A DNA stretch of 64,000 nt from Octopus vulgaris (taxonomy: Eukaryota), in NCBI GenBank assembly GCA_951406725.2, contig OX597836.1:37076001-37140000 (forward strand). The letters are read 5' to 3'. The stretch's first letter is position 1, and each line of letters begins with the position of its first letter. Position numbers and translations under genes: made by a program. Below are positions 12,941 through 26,586 of this stretch, in pieces. Under the pieces are notes generated by a model that saw nothing but the letters and a program-made list of their open reading frames with translations, was not told the origin of the DNA and did no database searches.

Positions 12941-13831
12941 GTCAACTGGTGATGCTGTCTCAACTTAAGTACAGAATCATGTATCTGGAGAACGAATAAC
13001 TTGGCCACGTTGGCAGGACATTGTCCAGAAGAGATCTATGGCCTGCAGAACACACTCACAACATACCTCAGATGAGAGAATAAAAACCAATTGAGATTTT
13101 ATCGACTGTAATGCATGTAAACTTAAAGAAATTGCACCCATTATCAATAAGGAAACCTCAAAAAAATTCGAATTCTTTTGGGCCTGAAAACCCATTTATT
13201 GAAAAAAATATGGCTTCTTCTAACTGAAAGGTATTTCTGAGTTATCAGAAAAGAAATGCATTTCTTGTCAAGTACATGCCAGCCATTACTTTTTATTGTT
13301 GAATCATGATATTCCTTTACAACCATAGTGTCACAGAAAGAAGATATCAAAAAAAGAAAATGTGAGAATTACACCTTCAGACGATAAGTTTTCAATTTCG
13401 AAGTATAATATTGTATGGAGAATATGGTTATAAATGATATTAATTCAGTCATTCTCGTGAAATGTTGCACACATTTTCAAAAATTTAATATACGTACACC
13501 CATACTCACACACACATACATACATAGGCGCATATACATACGCTCATACACATAACACATAGATATACACACACACATGCATATATATAAAGCATGGCGA
13601 TGCAAACTGGAAAAATAGAGCTCAAAATAGGAGTATATGTTTACTTATATTTTATATATATATGTGTGTGTGTGTGTGTATAATGTATACACACAAACAA
13701 ACACATACACACACACACACACACAAATATACATATGTTTATATAAACAAATAATAACAGATGGATTGTGGTTTCACTTCAGCTGTTTCTGACCTGTTTT
13801 TTTTTTTTGTTATTGATGGATAGAAGTATTA

Positions 13832-13977
13832 CTCAGTCTGAAGAAGCCTGTAAGGATTAAATATTTTGAACATCTCATTCCAAAGTGATATTTGTGGTCG
13901 GTAGCGTCAAAAATGGCACTTTTTGATTCGAAATGTGATGTTCAAAATATCTAATTCTTGCATATATTCATCTGAGG
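13832..13977. repeat. Diverged fold-back repeat (~50-bp arms)
   Basis: aggattaaatattttgaacatctcatt versus aatgtgatgttcaaaatatctaattct; small hairpin tcaaaaa/tttttga followed by tcgaaa at the loop. Confidence 0.65.
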
Positions 13978-14934
13978 AAAACATCTCTTTTGCATTATGT
14001 AGGACAAGAACGCAAAACATCCGGACAGTTATGTGATACAAAATTGGGATAACTAAACATCCAGATAGGCAACAAAGTCGGGTGGGTTACACATCTGTAG
14101 TTATGCCAATTTTGTTTGTGTACTTGCTTGCGTGCGTGCTTGTCTGTAATATAATACGGTCAAACTGGCGTATAATGGGAAAATACTCTGAAAGTAAGGT
14201 ACACCTGAAATGTGAATACAACGAAATATAACAAGTTTCGTGTAAATCGGACCACGGATTCCCGAAATATGCGGGGTTTTGGGATACCTTCATAAATAGC
14301 CAAAACTTTTTTTTTCTAGTTTTAGCTCAGAGCTGCGGTCATGCTGATACACCGCTATTAAATAAAGGGAAAATACTACAAAAGTAACATCACTCTGAAA
14401 TGGGAAAACTGTTTCCATTAATTTTATGTTTATGTTATATAACAATTCCGTTTGCATTTTTGTAGAAATGTGCACATACGCCATACATAAATGCTATTAC
14501 CGGAGATCAAGTTTATCGCGGAAGTTCTAATTCAATTAGATGTTGTAAATAATCAATAAAACCTGAAACATGAACTTCTAAACCAGACCTATGTTGACAC
14601 GAACGAATTGAAATATTTAACTGAAGCATTATAAAATCAACTTTCATTTCAGTGCAATGTTGAAATCAGCTTCAGTGTTTTGCCCCCACCTCATTCAAGC
14701 AAAGCATCTGAGAAGCAACGGGTCACGGGTAGTCTAGACATTACAATAAAACTCAATCAAAGAAAACTTAGCAGAAACAATTCCTAACTATTTCTATTGT
14801 CACCAAACCGCAGTGACCATTGCCATGCAAATTAGATTGAAATTTCCTGCAAATTATTCGGGAAAATATGGCTAATATCAAATTGCAAACGTCTAATAAT
14901 GATTGTCAGGTTTCATATATTATAAGAATAATAA

Positions 14935-15165
14935 GAGGTGGCGAGCTGGCAGAAACGTTAGCGCGTCGGGCGAAATGTTTAGAGGTATTTCGTCTGCGGC
15001 TACGTTCTGAGTTCAAATTCCACCGAGGTCGACTTTGCCTTTCATCCTTTCGGGGTCGATTAAATAAGTACCAGTTACGCACTGGAGTCGATGTAATCGA
15101 CTTAATCTGTTTGTCTGTCCTTGTTTGTCCCCTCTATGATTCGCCCCCTGCGGGCAATAAAGAAA
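14935..15165 (+). mobile_element. Meta-like SINE
   Basis: Head aggtggcgagctggcagaaacgttagc plus the Meta-like core. Confidence 0.9.
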
Positions 15166-15937
15166 TATATATTATAGGAATAAGTAAACATATGTCATAT
15201 CAACATAGAGAGAGAAAGTAATGAATAACTATTTGCCGTTTAAATACTTGGAAATAGGGTACGTTCAATGAGTAGTAATTCCACTATCTCTGTTTTAGAA
15301 ATATACTTCTGTGTAAATGTCTGTGCGTGTGTATGTGTTTGCGTGCATTATATATTTTTCTCGTGTGAGAGAAACCAAATCAAATCTTCTTCTGCTGGAT
15401 TTCACAGTTTGTTTGAGAGCATTTTAGATCTGACGTAATGATTTTCTTTTACTTTTTCTAACATAAATTGCCCTTTCCTCCTCATATAAGATTTATATCT
15501 GATGTCTTCGTGGAAAACAATTCTGACTGTTCCTTCTGACATATGAAAATCTTTTGCAATTGGATATAATCCAAACATTTTGTTCCCTGTATTACCCTAA
15601 GTCGCCGGGTTCAGCTAGAAGAATCCATCTTGCGATTGTTTGTTACGATTGTTTCATTCTAATGACATGTTCATTGGACAGAAACTATAACTTCTCAATG
15701 CAAAGTAGCGCATCGACGGGAGACACTCCTTGAGCCACGATTTTACTACGCTTTCCAGTATTCCAGAGCGTACATGGTGCTGAGTCAAAGCTGGGAGGCG
15801 GACTACGGCAGGAGTGTATATTGTTGACCCTCTTTTTTTTATAATTTTCATGAACAAGATTTACATGTGCGGCCGTTGTGGGAGTGATAGTCCAATCGGT
15901 AGTATGGGATTGGTCAGCTGATATTTTCAGCACTCGG

Positions 15938-16065
15938 CAGCTGAATGAGTCCGCTGTCGAGTGCTGCTAGACGGGGATGAGAATTAGTTTTGCGAAGACT
16001 GAGACATTGGTCCTTTCTAAAATGCTTTTCCAGTGCACCCTGTATGTTAGTGGAACATCATTGAG
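15938..16065 (+). mobile_element. RTE-clade LINE reverse transcriptase fragment
   Basis: LNESAVECC*TGMRISFAKTETLVLSKMLFQCTLYVSGTSL resembles the segment after YADD (GM.IS..K(T/S)E.MVLS). Confidence 0.55.
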
Positions 16066-16272
16066 ATAACAAATACATAGAACTGAAAAACCCCTACCCC
16101 GAATAAATTATTAAGTGGGGTAACGTTTGAAAAATACGCAGTAGCTGGTTGGACAAAAGGAACTAGATCAATGCATTAGAGCAAACCCTAGATATCATCC
16201 TCTTATTCTTCATCCTTCTTTCCTGACCAGATTTTGAACCGACTTACTGCTTCGGTTTCTATGAAATTAAAT

Positions 16273-16645
16273 GGATCTTTTCGGTTTGAACGGCAGTTTT
16301 TAACATAATTTCTAGGTAACTAAAAATTTTAAAACTTCGTATACTGGTAGAATGTGTTTATAAAACATCTCTTGGTATTATTGAGAAAATTCTATAGTTT
16401 GTAAGATACGTCCATTGAGGTAAAAAACATTCTGTGCCGTATGAATACGTCCCTCGTTTAAGAAACGGATTGGGTTTATTTACTTTTGTGAAGAAAAAAA
16501 GATACCCTTCCCCCACACCTAACCCTAACTAACCCTAACCTTAAAACAGATTGAAATGCAATAGATCGATACTAGGGTCATAATTATGGGTGACAATTCC
16601 ATATGACACCGCTAGAAAAACCTGCCGTTCAAACCGAAAAGATCC
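16273..16645. mobile_element. MITE with GG-terminal ~28-bp TIRs and 8-bp TSD (Merlin-like or hAT)
   Basis: TIR ggatcttttcggtttgaacggcag / ctgccgttcaaaccgaaaagatcc; TSD aattaaat; internal ccctaa-like repeats. Confidence 0.9.
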
Positions 16646-17317
16646 AATTAAATTCATGTACTTTAAACATCATGAATTCTTTCTATCTAAGCTTCACCAC
16701 TTACAAAAGAGGAACTAATTAAAAATGTGCTAATTTTCTGTTGCAAACTAACTTTCACATGAAGTAAACCTAAATAGAACGGTTAGACAAGTCTACTAGA
16801 GTATCTACGTGCCCCTCACTAACATTCGTAAAGAATTTCCGCTTGTTACGAAAGCTGGGAAAGGTTAACTTAATAGGCAGTTACTTTGATAGTTGTCTGA
16901 TCTTCGAAAAGATTTTTTTGTACTGTTCATCTGCTGTGATGATTACACACAGTCTCAAGAGCTTCAAGGCATAATTATGGACTTTAATTATATCAAACTG
17001 AATACAGCTTGAACAACTCGCAATACAGAATCAAGCTGTGTTAATAAATCTCAAGTATAGAAAAATTATGCAAAAACGAAAATGCTGCTCTTGTTGAAAA
17101 CTCCAACAGATGTTAGGTTGGTGTGTTGTCTGAAGATCTGTATACATCATTTATTAACAAATAGTTTGAAAGGTAAATTTAAAACAATTCACCCCATCAT
17201 GCTGTTGCTGTCCTAAACCCGAAAACAAATAGGTTGAAAGGTAATTTTAAAACAATTCCATGCATTATATACTGTAAAGAAAAAGTGTTTTGTATAGAGA
17301 TATTACACTCAGGAGAA

Positions 17318-17495
17318 GGTAGTGAGCTCAGAGAATCGTTAGCATGCTAGGTAAAATGCTTAGAGGCATTTCATTCGTCTTTACGTTCTGAGTTCGAATT
17401 CCGCCTAAGTCGACTTTGCGTTTCATCCTTCCTGGGTCGAAAAAATTACCAGTTGAGTACAAAGGTCGATGTCACAGATTTACCCCCTCCCCTGT
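17318..17495 (+). mobile_element. Old Meta-like SINE
   Basis: tacgttctgagttcgaattccgcctaagtcgactttgcgtttcatcc. Confidence 0.75.
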
Positions 17496-17499
17496 GCCA

Positions 17500-17652
17500 A
17501 TCATCATCATCATTGTTCGACCGTGGTTGAGACAATGGAATTTACTATGTTACGCCAGACTTCACGGTCCATCATAGCATTACGCAGGTCCTGTTGCTGG
17601 ATGCCTGTATCCCTGGAGATTACATCAGGGTAGGAGAGTGTGCGCCCTCTAG
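17500..17652 (-). mobile_element. 5'-truncated RTE-like LINE 3' end with (TGA)n tail
   Basis: Minus strand RGRTLSYPDVISRDTGIQQQDLRNAMMDREVWRNIVNSIVSTTVEQ* then tgatgatga; A(M)xDRxxWR C-terminal motif. Confidence 0.8.
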
Positions 17653-18509
17653 CATTGGTATGATATCTATTTGTAATTTTGACTGAATAGTCTAAATTAT
17701 TTTGAGCATTGCATTAAGGTCAACCGAGTCAAGATTTAGTTAATGCGCAACGGAATGAAATACAACAGCTTTTGAATACTGGATTATTTGAACTTGCCCT
17801 CCGCCTTATTGTTACACGGAAGAAGACCAGCAATCGGATTTGACGAAGTAATTTTTCTGGAGTTAACAAAAATTCGGAAACTAATCAAGAATTGCTTTGA
17901 TGATGGCGACTTCATCGAAATCACTTCGTTTTGGAAAGCGAAGAAAATTTGCTTCTAGCACAGTTATCAGATTTAGTCCAATCAATAAATCATATACCAA
18001 GTGACATTTACTCTTCCCCACATATTTTTTCACTTTTAACAGGAAATTGTTGGGGAAACCCTGCGTAATATTCAACAAAGGGACAATATCCTCACATATA
18101 ATTTTGTCGCAAAATTTGATCGATTGATTTTCCGCAAGAAAGGTTTTATTTATTTCTTCAAAGCAAAATTTGTAGAAGTACTTTACTGTAAAATAGCATA
18201 ATATTTCATATGTATGGTTCTGTGCGTGGGTACACGTGATCCCGATGTGTGGGTGTATGCATACGCGAGCACGTATGTATATGTGCGTGTGTGTATGCGC
18301 GCGTGCGTGTGCTTGAAGTGTCTACATAGATTTCAGATAGCTTTTGTTCTCAAAAGCAATAATGTATATTATACACAGGCACACGCACATACAGTCATCC
18401 ACATTCAGATAGATACATAGAAATATAGATAGGTAGATAGATACATACATACATACATACATAGACAGATAGATAGATATTTATGTTAACAAATTTATAT
18501 ATATATATG

Positions 18510-19217
18510 CTAGTAGTCAAGCCCGGTTTCACCGGGTCTGTTTGGATGATGTGGGTGTGTTCGTTTTCGGTTAGGTATAATCTATAATAGCTTATCATTT
18601 CGGGTTCCCTGTTTCGATTGGAGCCTCCAGCTGTATGAAAATGTCTTTCCTCCCACCCACTCTCTGAAAACAGCCTCATAAGTTGTGAAGAAAGAATTTG
18701 TACGTAGTCTGTTTCTGAGAGCTATTGTATTGGACTTCTGTCTAATCATTAAAACATTTATTTAGTTATGAACATAGAAAGAAATTATACATTATTCTCT
18801 ATATTTGTAAGCAGTTGCATCCGTAAAAATTTTATTTGCAGAGAGCAGAAATTGGAAGATATGTGAAATGGATGTTTGTGTGTGTGCGTGCGTGCTTGCG
18901 TTTGTGTATGTGAGAGAGAGAGAGGGTGAAAAAGAGAGATAGAGTGAGTGAATGAAGGTGTGTGTCATTAAGTTACGTTGGCTGGCACGGTGACTACGAA
19001 GCTTTTTGGGCGGCAGATGACTGGGGTGATTTGGAAGATGTGAAGAAATGCCATCTTTTCAGTGGAGCGCTTCATTGTAGGCAACGTTTCTCGTTTTCCC
19101 CTCTGAAACACAAATGTATAGACTTTGTGGCCTGCCAATACGGGAGCATCCAACTTACATTTGCTTCGTTACTATGGCAGCAGTCCGGATACTAACGGAT
19201 CAGAGTACGTATATAGA
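18510..19217 (-). mobile_element. Non-autonomous Helitron-like element
   Basis: Minus strand starts TCTATATA and ends with hairpin cccggt/accggg shortly before CTAG. Confidence 0.55.
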
Positions 19218-19419
19218 CGTATGTATGAACTTTTACAGTACGCATGTGTGTGTGTATGAGCTTGTATATATATGCGTATATATTTGGCGAAAAATGCTGG
19301 TGAAGATGTATACGTTTTCATAGTGACGTATAAGTACGCACGTGGGTCAGCGAGCGCACATGTGAGCGTATGACTAGCCATACTTGAATAATGAAGTTGG
19401 TAATTCTGATTGAACAAAT

Positions 19420-20032
19420 TATGAAGAGTAATAAATAATGAAACCGTAGAAGTGTTATTTCCGAATTATTGAACGCAGGCAAAAGTGCTGGGGAGATTGC
19501 TAGAGCCACAAATAAGCGGGTCTTAAAATCAGCACAGAAGAATATCTCAACATCTTAGAAGTTTTGTTGCGTTTGATTAGGATATTATGATGCAAGTCAT
19601 GTCGTTTTTGCACAGGACTCTTTGCCCGACTATTCTTCGAAAAGAGTGCAAGAATTTTTGAAGAAAGAATTTCGCAAATTTGTCCCTAAAGATATTTGAC
19701 CCTCTGGCTTATCAGATTTGAAGCCGTGTGATTTTTTGGCTATGGAGCGCAGTTCAAGCAATATCCATCGCAACATTTCACCATTTCATCCTTACAATGG
19801 TAAAAACATTCGGTAAAATGAAATAAGAAGAAATAGTTAAGGCATGCGCATCTTTTCGTAAACGGATTGAACTGGGAAGAATAGCAAATGGCGATCACAT
19901 TGAACTGATATAAGCGCTAAACCCCCCACAGAAAATTGGCATAATCTTAAAATTGACAGTGTTTTATACTTCCGAGTTTACCAATTGTATTAAGAAATAT
20001 TGATATGGTCCTAATTTTACTGTTACACTCTG
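19420..20032 (+). mobile_element. Decayed, internally deleted Tc1/mariner-superfamily transposon (DD37D/maT-like)
   Basis: RRSVISELLNAGKSAGEIAR; VVFAQDSLPDYSSKRVQEFLKKEFRKFVPKDI*PSGLSDLKPCDF (QD...WP.SPDLNP.D); ANGDHIE C-terminus; ends ...acactctg|TA. Confidence 0.75.
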
Positions 20033-20087
20033 TATATAGGCATAAATGAATGCATATATATGCATATACATATGTGTGTCTGTATGC

Positions 20088-20618
20088 TACTGGTAACATG
20101 TAACCCAGTACAACCTGTTGCATGGTCGGGTCGTCGGCGACTAAACCGGCAACCCCACGAAGCTTGCTTGGTGAGGAGGGTGTTTATTGGTTACCCTGCG
20201 GGATGAAAAACAAAACCCGTCAAAGGGTGGAGGAACTCTTGAGAGTCAACGGCCATCCAATAAATGTCTTAAGGCTGTATCATGCGCGGGGACATAGAAA
20301 TAATCGGACTGAATACCCGATCGCGCGGTTAAACCATTGGGAGTGAAGGACTCCCAGCATTTGTTAGGGCATCCTCCTAGGAGAAGGTAACTCAGGTAAC
20401 TGGGATAACTCCGACATAAATCCTGCGGCTCAGTGGTTACCGATGATGTTGACTTGTTCTTTTCGGATTATGGCTGCTGTTGCTTAGTGAGTGGGATTGA
20501 CTCAGTGTACAGCCTTTCCTCACTTTTAAAAAATCTTCTTGCACAGGCATTGCACGATAACAACATTGATTAAGCTTCGTGCAATGGCCATACTCGATAA
20601 CGAGGGGGCAGCCACCAT
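20088..20618 (+). mobile_element. GC-richer interspersed repeat, probably derived from an RTE 5'UTR
   Basis: Sharp GC island between microsatellites; cctaggagaaggtaactc resembles a motif in RTE 5' regions; no ORF. Confidence 0.4.
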
Positions 20619-21232
20619 GTATGTATTTATTTATGCATGTATGTATATGCTATTCTCTATGACAATCGACTGATCTTTCGATACTTCAGTGTTTTATAGT
20701 AAAACAGAGAATTTGAAAAAAAAACTTGTTTACTACAGTTAACAACTTCAGCTGTCAATCTGTTTGAAGATAATGAAGTGTCTACGTACATGAGCTTGCA
20801 ACCGTGTGCATATCTCTACAGACAGGAATGTATGCGTATGTGCTAGTGTTTACGTGTGCGTGCATGTGTGCGTGTATGTGTGTGTGTGTGTGCGTGCGTG
20901 GGTGTTCGTCTGCATTTAGAGATAGTCTAAAGAGAAATAACATTAAAAATTATTTGTTTTTCACTTGAAAATGGATATCTAGAAAAAACAACAATCTGAA
21001 CAATAGAGCGAAATCAAACGAATCAACTATGAGTAATCTTTCTGAAGACTACGCTATTAAAACTTTAACAAGTGTTTATACATCACACTACATTGTTGTG
21101 TTTCTATCGCAATGAAGTACATATTGCAGAACTTACATCCACAGCTTCAGTGAATGAATTTCAAAAACTCCTTCGCTTAATTGAGTGTTCTATAAAAAAT
21201 ATATCAGCAATATATAAATAAATACATATTGT

Positions 21233-21264
<32 letters not shown>

Positions 21265-21442
21265 TGTGTGTGTGTGTGTGTGTGTATGTATGCATGTATA
21301 TATATATATACCATTCTGCCTAAGAATTTGATCTACAAATACAATATCCCTACATATCTCACATCTATTCTCATTCCTCCACCTCACTCTCTATTTCGTA
21401 TCTTATCTAAATAAACTATTGCTTAACCATCTTCTCACAACA

Positions 21443-21488
21443 TCTCCGATGAAGGGATAAAATAAATATTCTAGAAACAGCTGTAAGC
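21443..21488 (+). ncRNA. Minimal hammerhead-like motif (CCGATGA core) in a ~240-bp repeat between (TA)n tracts
   Basis: ct-CCGATGA-agggata..tattcta-GAAA-cagctg-TA-ag; palindromic stem III acagctgt. Confidence 0.55.
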
Positions 21489-21550
21489 TCTTATATTTAT
21501 AAATATTCTAAAATCTACACACCCTTGGTTTTTATCACATTACGGAAAAC

Positions 21551-21618
<68 letters not shown>

Positions 21619-21929
21619 ATGTATCTATGTATGTATGCACATATATATATGTATGTGTGTAGATATATAAGTAGATGGATAGATAGATAGAAATGTATAT
21701 ATACATATATACATACACAAAAGTATTTATGTATGTATGTATGTATATATGTATATAGATAGATAGATATTTAAATAGATATACATGTGTAAGTTTATAT
21801 TGTTTTCATTGCCAGATTGCTCGGTCATCGATGTTACATATCGTTCCGGGATGCTGAAGGAGGATCTATGGTTGAAGAGATGTTTCTTAAAGGAAGTCCC
21901 CGTGTGTCCAATGTAATTCCTTGGAGCAT

Positions 21930-22349
21930 ATACTCTTTTACTCTTTTACTCTTTTACTTTTTTCAGTCATTTGACTGCGGCCATGCTGGAGCACCGCCTT
22001 TAGTCGAGCAAATCGACCTCGGGACTTATTCTTTGTAAGCCCAGTACTTATTCTATCGGTCTCTTTTGCCGAACCGCTAAGTGACAGGGACGTAAACACA
22101 CCAGCATCGGTTGTCAAGCAATGCTAGGAGCACTAACAGAGACACACAAACATATACACACACACTTATATATATATACATATATACGACAGGCTTCTTT
22201 CAGTTTCCGTCTACCAAATCCACTCACAAGGCATTGGTCGGCCCGGGGCTATAGCAGAAGACACTTGCCCAAGATGCCACGCAGTGGGACTGAACCAGGA
22301 ACCATGTGGTTGGTTAGCAAGCTACTTACCACTCAGCCACTCCTGCGCC
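21930..22349 (-). mobile_element. CORE-like SINE (head ggcgcaggagtggctg)
   Basis: acacttgcccaagatgccacgcagtgggactgaacc; (TACTCTTT)n tail. Confidence 0.9.
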
Positions 22350-22361
22350 TATATGTATATA

Positions 22362-22429
<68 letters not shown>

Positions 22430-22454
22430 ATTTGATATCGAACAGTGACAATGA

Positions 22455-22970
22455 GTGCTCAATACCGCATGTGTGGGTAAGTATTGTATATTTTTGGGTT
22501 ACAAACACTACCAGTGATTTTATGTAATGAAGAATCTTTTAACAAATTATCAACTCTGCCAATGAGAAAATTGTTACTCGCCTGTATTTTGAATGAGCTG
22601 ACTTTCAAAGTATTACCTGTCATTCCAACTAATGTGTTTTTCTTTCCTTTCAAATCCGTAATGCCGTTCTTGTGCACTTATTCTTTTTCCAAACAACTAT
22701 TGCACAGAAGACAGCTGTCTGGAGACCGACAATTACATAATCTTTAGGGAATGTTCCTAATGTTATTCTTATTGTGGTTGAAAATAAACGACGCTATACA
22801 GGAGAGGCAACTATACTTTATGTTGACTGTATTTCTATTGAAGATCTTGTATTTATGATAGTGAGGGAAGTGTTTATCTATGAGTTTCAGAAATCTTTTA
22901 GCTATGTAGGGGGCTAAGTTAACACTATATGATGGCCTGTACCGTATCATCTTCAGCTGTCTACGTCCTT
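22455..22970 (-). mobile_element. Penelope-like retroelement fragment: RT thumb/linker, Cys knuckle and GIY-YIG endonuclease (pseudogenised)
   Basis: IRYRPSYSVNL...KRFLKLIDKHFPHYHKYKIFNRNTVNIKYSC...FNHNK; frameshift; CNCRSPDSCLLCNSC; *VHK...TLVGMTGNTLK as decayed GIY...YIG. Confidence 0.82.
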
Positions 22971-23118
22971 ATATTCTATTTATATCTGGTTTGATGGAAG
23001 TTATACTACTCTTACAATTGTAGCTCAAAGTGCTATACCATAATACAAATGCCCAAATATCGGATGTGTACTAAACACGATCCTAGTAAAACTCGAAATG
23101 AATATATATATATATACA

Positions 23119-23480
23119 TAACTTATAAACAAGGGCAAAAGAAATAAATTCTAAGGCCAAATATGCAGAAAATAGACAAATCGTCAATAACCATATAATT
23201 TATCACTTTAAGCACACGTATCTAAGTAAGCCGACAGAAATTTCTGAAAAATTATTCATCGATGGCGAAGAGAAAATTCTTATGAATTAACTCTGAAATT
23301 GGGACCGATACTATAATAACGGAATTTTTTAGAAATTTCTGTCAGCTTACTTCGAGACGTGTGCTTATAGTGCTAAATTATATGGTTATAAGTTTATAAG
23401 TTGTTAATAAATTTAACCTGTTGAGGCATTTTTTAATATGCTGGCCATTGATAGAATTTTAGAAATATTGATAGAAAAAT
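23119..23480. mobile_element. Fold-back element between (TA)n tracts with a possible decayed HHR in the loop
   Basis: Arms 23187-23253 and 23323-23389 are reverse complements; loop gcgaaga-g..aattcttatgaatt..ctc-tgaaa; flanks match 41155-41245. Confidence 0.75.
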
Positions 23481-23486
23481 GTTATC

Positions 23487-23539
<53 letters not shown>

Positions 23540-23574
23540 ACACGCACACAAACACACACACTCAGACAAGAATA

Positions 23575-23621
<47 letters not shown>

Positions 23622-24076
23622 GTGCATATACAAATACATATATACACATATACATGTACAGGTGTCAAATATCTTACGGTCATTATTAAGAAAATAATTG
23701 TTGAATATATAGATGATATCTTACATTTCTCTCCATAATTTGTCAATAAATTGCATTAAACTTGTAGACCCCGGGGACATTTTCCCGTTTTATCAATTTT
23801 CATTTTGATATTTCTATGAATAAATTTATAGCTATCTTTAACTATATCTTGCATCATTATTTTACTGCAAATTATTTTGGTTACATTTCTATTTTCGTCC
23901 AGAAGCTGACGGTTTTGGCTATTTGGTTAAGACATACTCTTGAAATTGATTATTTCTGTGATTGGGCCTTATTATGTATCGCATATTTTAAGTGATTTCT
24001 ACAATAAATACATGACAAGTGAAACTGAAAACCAGAAACTCTGCAGCAGCTCATTAAGTATTCATATATTCATATA

Positions 24077-24125
<49 letters not shown>

Positions 24126-24134
24126 TGTATATAC

Positions 24135-24186
<52 letters not shown>

Positions 24187-24187
<1 letters not shown>

Positions 24188-24490
24188 GAGGCGCAATGGC
24201 CCATTGTTTAGGGTAGCGCACTCGCGGTCAGAGGATCGCGATTTCGATTCCCAGACCAGACAATATGTGTGTTTATTGAGCGAAAACACCTAAAAGATCC
24301 ACGAGACTCCGGCAGAGGATGGTGGTGACCCCTGTTGTACTCTTTCGCCACAACTTTCTCTCACTCTCTCTTCTTGTTTCTTGAGTAACGCTGCGATGGA
24401 CTGGCGTCCTGTCCAGCTGGGGTGAACACATACGCCACAGAAACCGGGGAACCGGGTCTATGAGCCTGGCTAGGCTTGAAAAGGGCGAAG
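24187..24490 (+). mobile_element. tRNA-derived SINE (ggaggcgcaatggccc head, tail type 2)
   Basis: Same head as 9344 and 51138; tail ctgcgatggactggcgtcctgtccag...gaaaccgg. Confidence 0.88.
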
Positions 24491-25357
24491 TTTATCGTAT
24501 CGTTATATATATATATATATAATTTTTATTTGAGGGAATATTAATGCTAAATTACAGGGAAAATTTCAATTTAGAAAAACTAAATCAAATTTCACACAAT
24601 ATAATATATATATGTATAAATTAGAAAAAAATACCTTTTGTCAATTCAAAATGAACAATTAAATTACACCATCTAGAAAATTACATATAGAAATATTAAC
24701 ATTAAAATAACAATAAAATACCAATTTATTAAAATTAGAAAATTTTCTAATTTGAATATATATATATTTGCGTGTGTGTATTTGCAAAACAATTGAAGTA
24801 CGTAACAGCAACTAATGGCTCAAATAAAATGATAAAAACTAAGTTGAAAAATGAAATACAGATCCAGGAATTAGTTTAAAATGGCGGCTGCTTGCTTCAT
24901 ATAAAGAGATATAATCGATTCGATACCTATCTATAAGCCTCCAGTAAATGACTATACAGGCTGACAAGAGTACAGAGAAGCAGAACAGCTGTTCCGACAA
25001 GAGAACCATCGTGATCCTTTCTGACATTTAAAATCGAAGAGACCCGAAAGGAAAACAAAGATATGGAGTACAAGATCAAATAACTTCCGAATAATAATCA
25101 CGATATTATATATAATAGCCATAATAATGGACTAATATCACCTGTGGAAATTCCACGGCAGTTTTGAGAATTGTTTGCTGAAATTGCATCTTTCTGTAAC
25201 ATTTCATTCTCGTGATGATGTAAAAATCCGTATAGGCAATATTGCAGGTGCATTCAACCAGTGTATGGGTGTGTATGTTTGTGTATATGTATATATGTAC
25301 GTATGTATGTATGTATGTATGTATGTATGTATGTATGTATCTAACTATCTATCTACA

Positions 25358-25442
<85 letters not shown>

Positions 25443-25449
25443 TACATAC

Positions 25450-25482
<33 letters not shown>

Positions 25483-25674
25483 TACATATATATATATATG
25501 CATGCACACATATAAATACATATATATTGATATATGTGTGTGTGCGTGTGTGTTATATACACATACATATACATATATATATACATATATATGAATATAT
25601 ATACAAAATATATATGCATAAATATATGTATATATAGACATATAAATATATATTTTGTATATATGTGTACACGC

Positions 25675-25731
<57 letters not shown>

Positions 25732-26157
25732 CATACGTACGCGTGCGTGTTTCTGCACGATTCCAATTCTGCGTCACTTTGGTTTGAATTCGCTGCTCAA
25801 TTTCCCTGAGAGGTGTATGTTTTCATAAAACATAAACGTGTGAATACGATTCCTACTACATAATGCACTAGAAATTACTATATAACTTTATTTGATCATT
25901 TCCAAGATATGTACAACGCTAGACATTTTTGAGGAGAATGTTTAATCCATTCAGCAGTCTAAAATATTTCGCTGATGCATTAACATATAATTTTTTTAAC
26001 CGATAAAACGTAAAGCCTACCCCAGATCTATTTGAACTCAAATATCTGGAACACAAACGGTAATACATTCTATCCGACGATATAATGTTTCTACTAACCT
26101 GACTTCTATTGGCAAGTGTTGCTGTTGCATCATCCTTGTTCCATTATGAAAATTGGT

Positions 26158-26586
26158 CGATCTTTTCGGTTTGGACGGCAGTTTTACTAGCGGTGTCATA
26201 TGAAATTGTTACCCATAATTATGACCCTACTATCGATCTATTTCAATCTGTATTAGGGTTAGATAGGGTTAGTTAGGATTCGGGTTAGGGGTGGGGGAAA
26301 GGATATCTTTTTTTTTCAGAAATGTAAATAAACCCAATCTGTTTCTTAAACGAGGGACATATTCATACGGCACAGAATGTTTTCACCACAATAGACGTCA
26401 TTGATTGGTTGAAATTGCAGAAATTGAAGAAAGAAAAAACAAATATCTTACAAACCATACAATTTTCTCAATAAAGCCAAGAGAAAAAGATATTTTATAA
26501 ACACATTCTACCAGTATACGAAGTTTAAATGTGTTTAGTTACGTGGAAATTATTTTTAAAAACTGCCGTTCAAACCGAAAAGATCC
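26158..26586. mobile_element. Second MITE copy, opposite orientation to 16273-16645
   Basis: Same TIRs; TSD aaattggt at 26150-26157 and 26587-26594; internal ttaggg-like repeats. Confidence 0.9.

Noticed and set aside
15480-15770. Possible Tc1/mariner N-terminal remnant on the minus strand
   Set aside because: Too decayed; no catalytic motif or TIR could be identified
16515-16545. Telomeric repeat or chromosome fusion site
   Set aside because: Only a few degenerate units, inside a MITE
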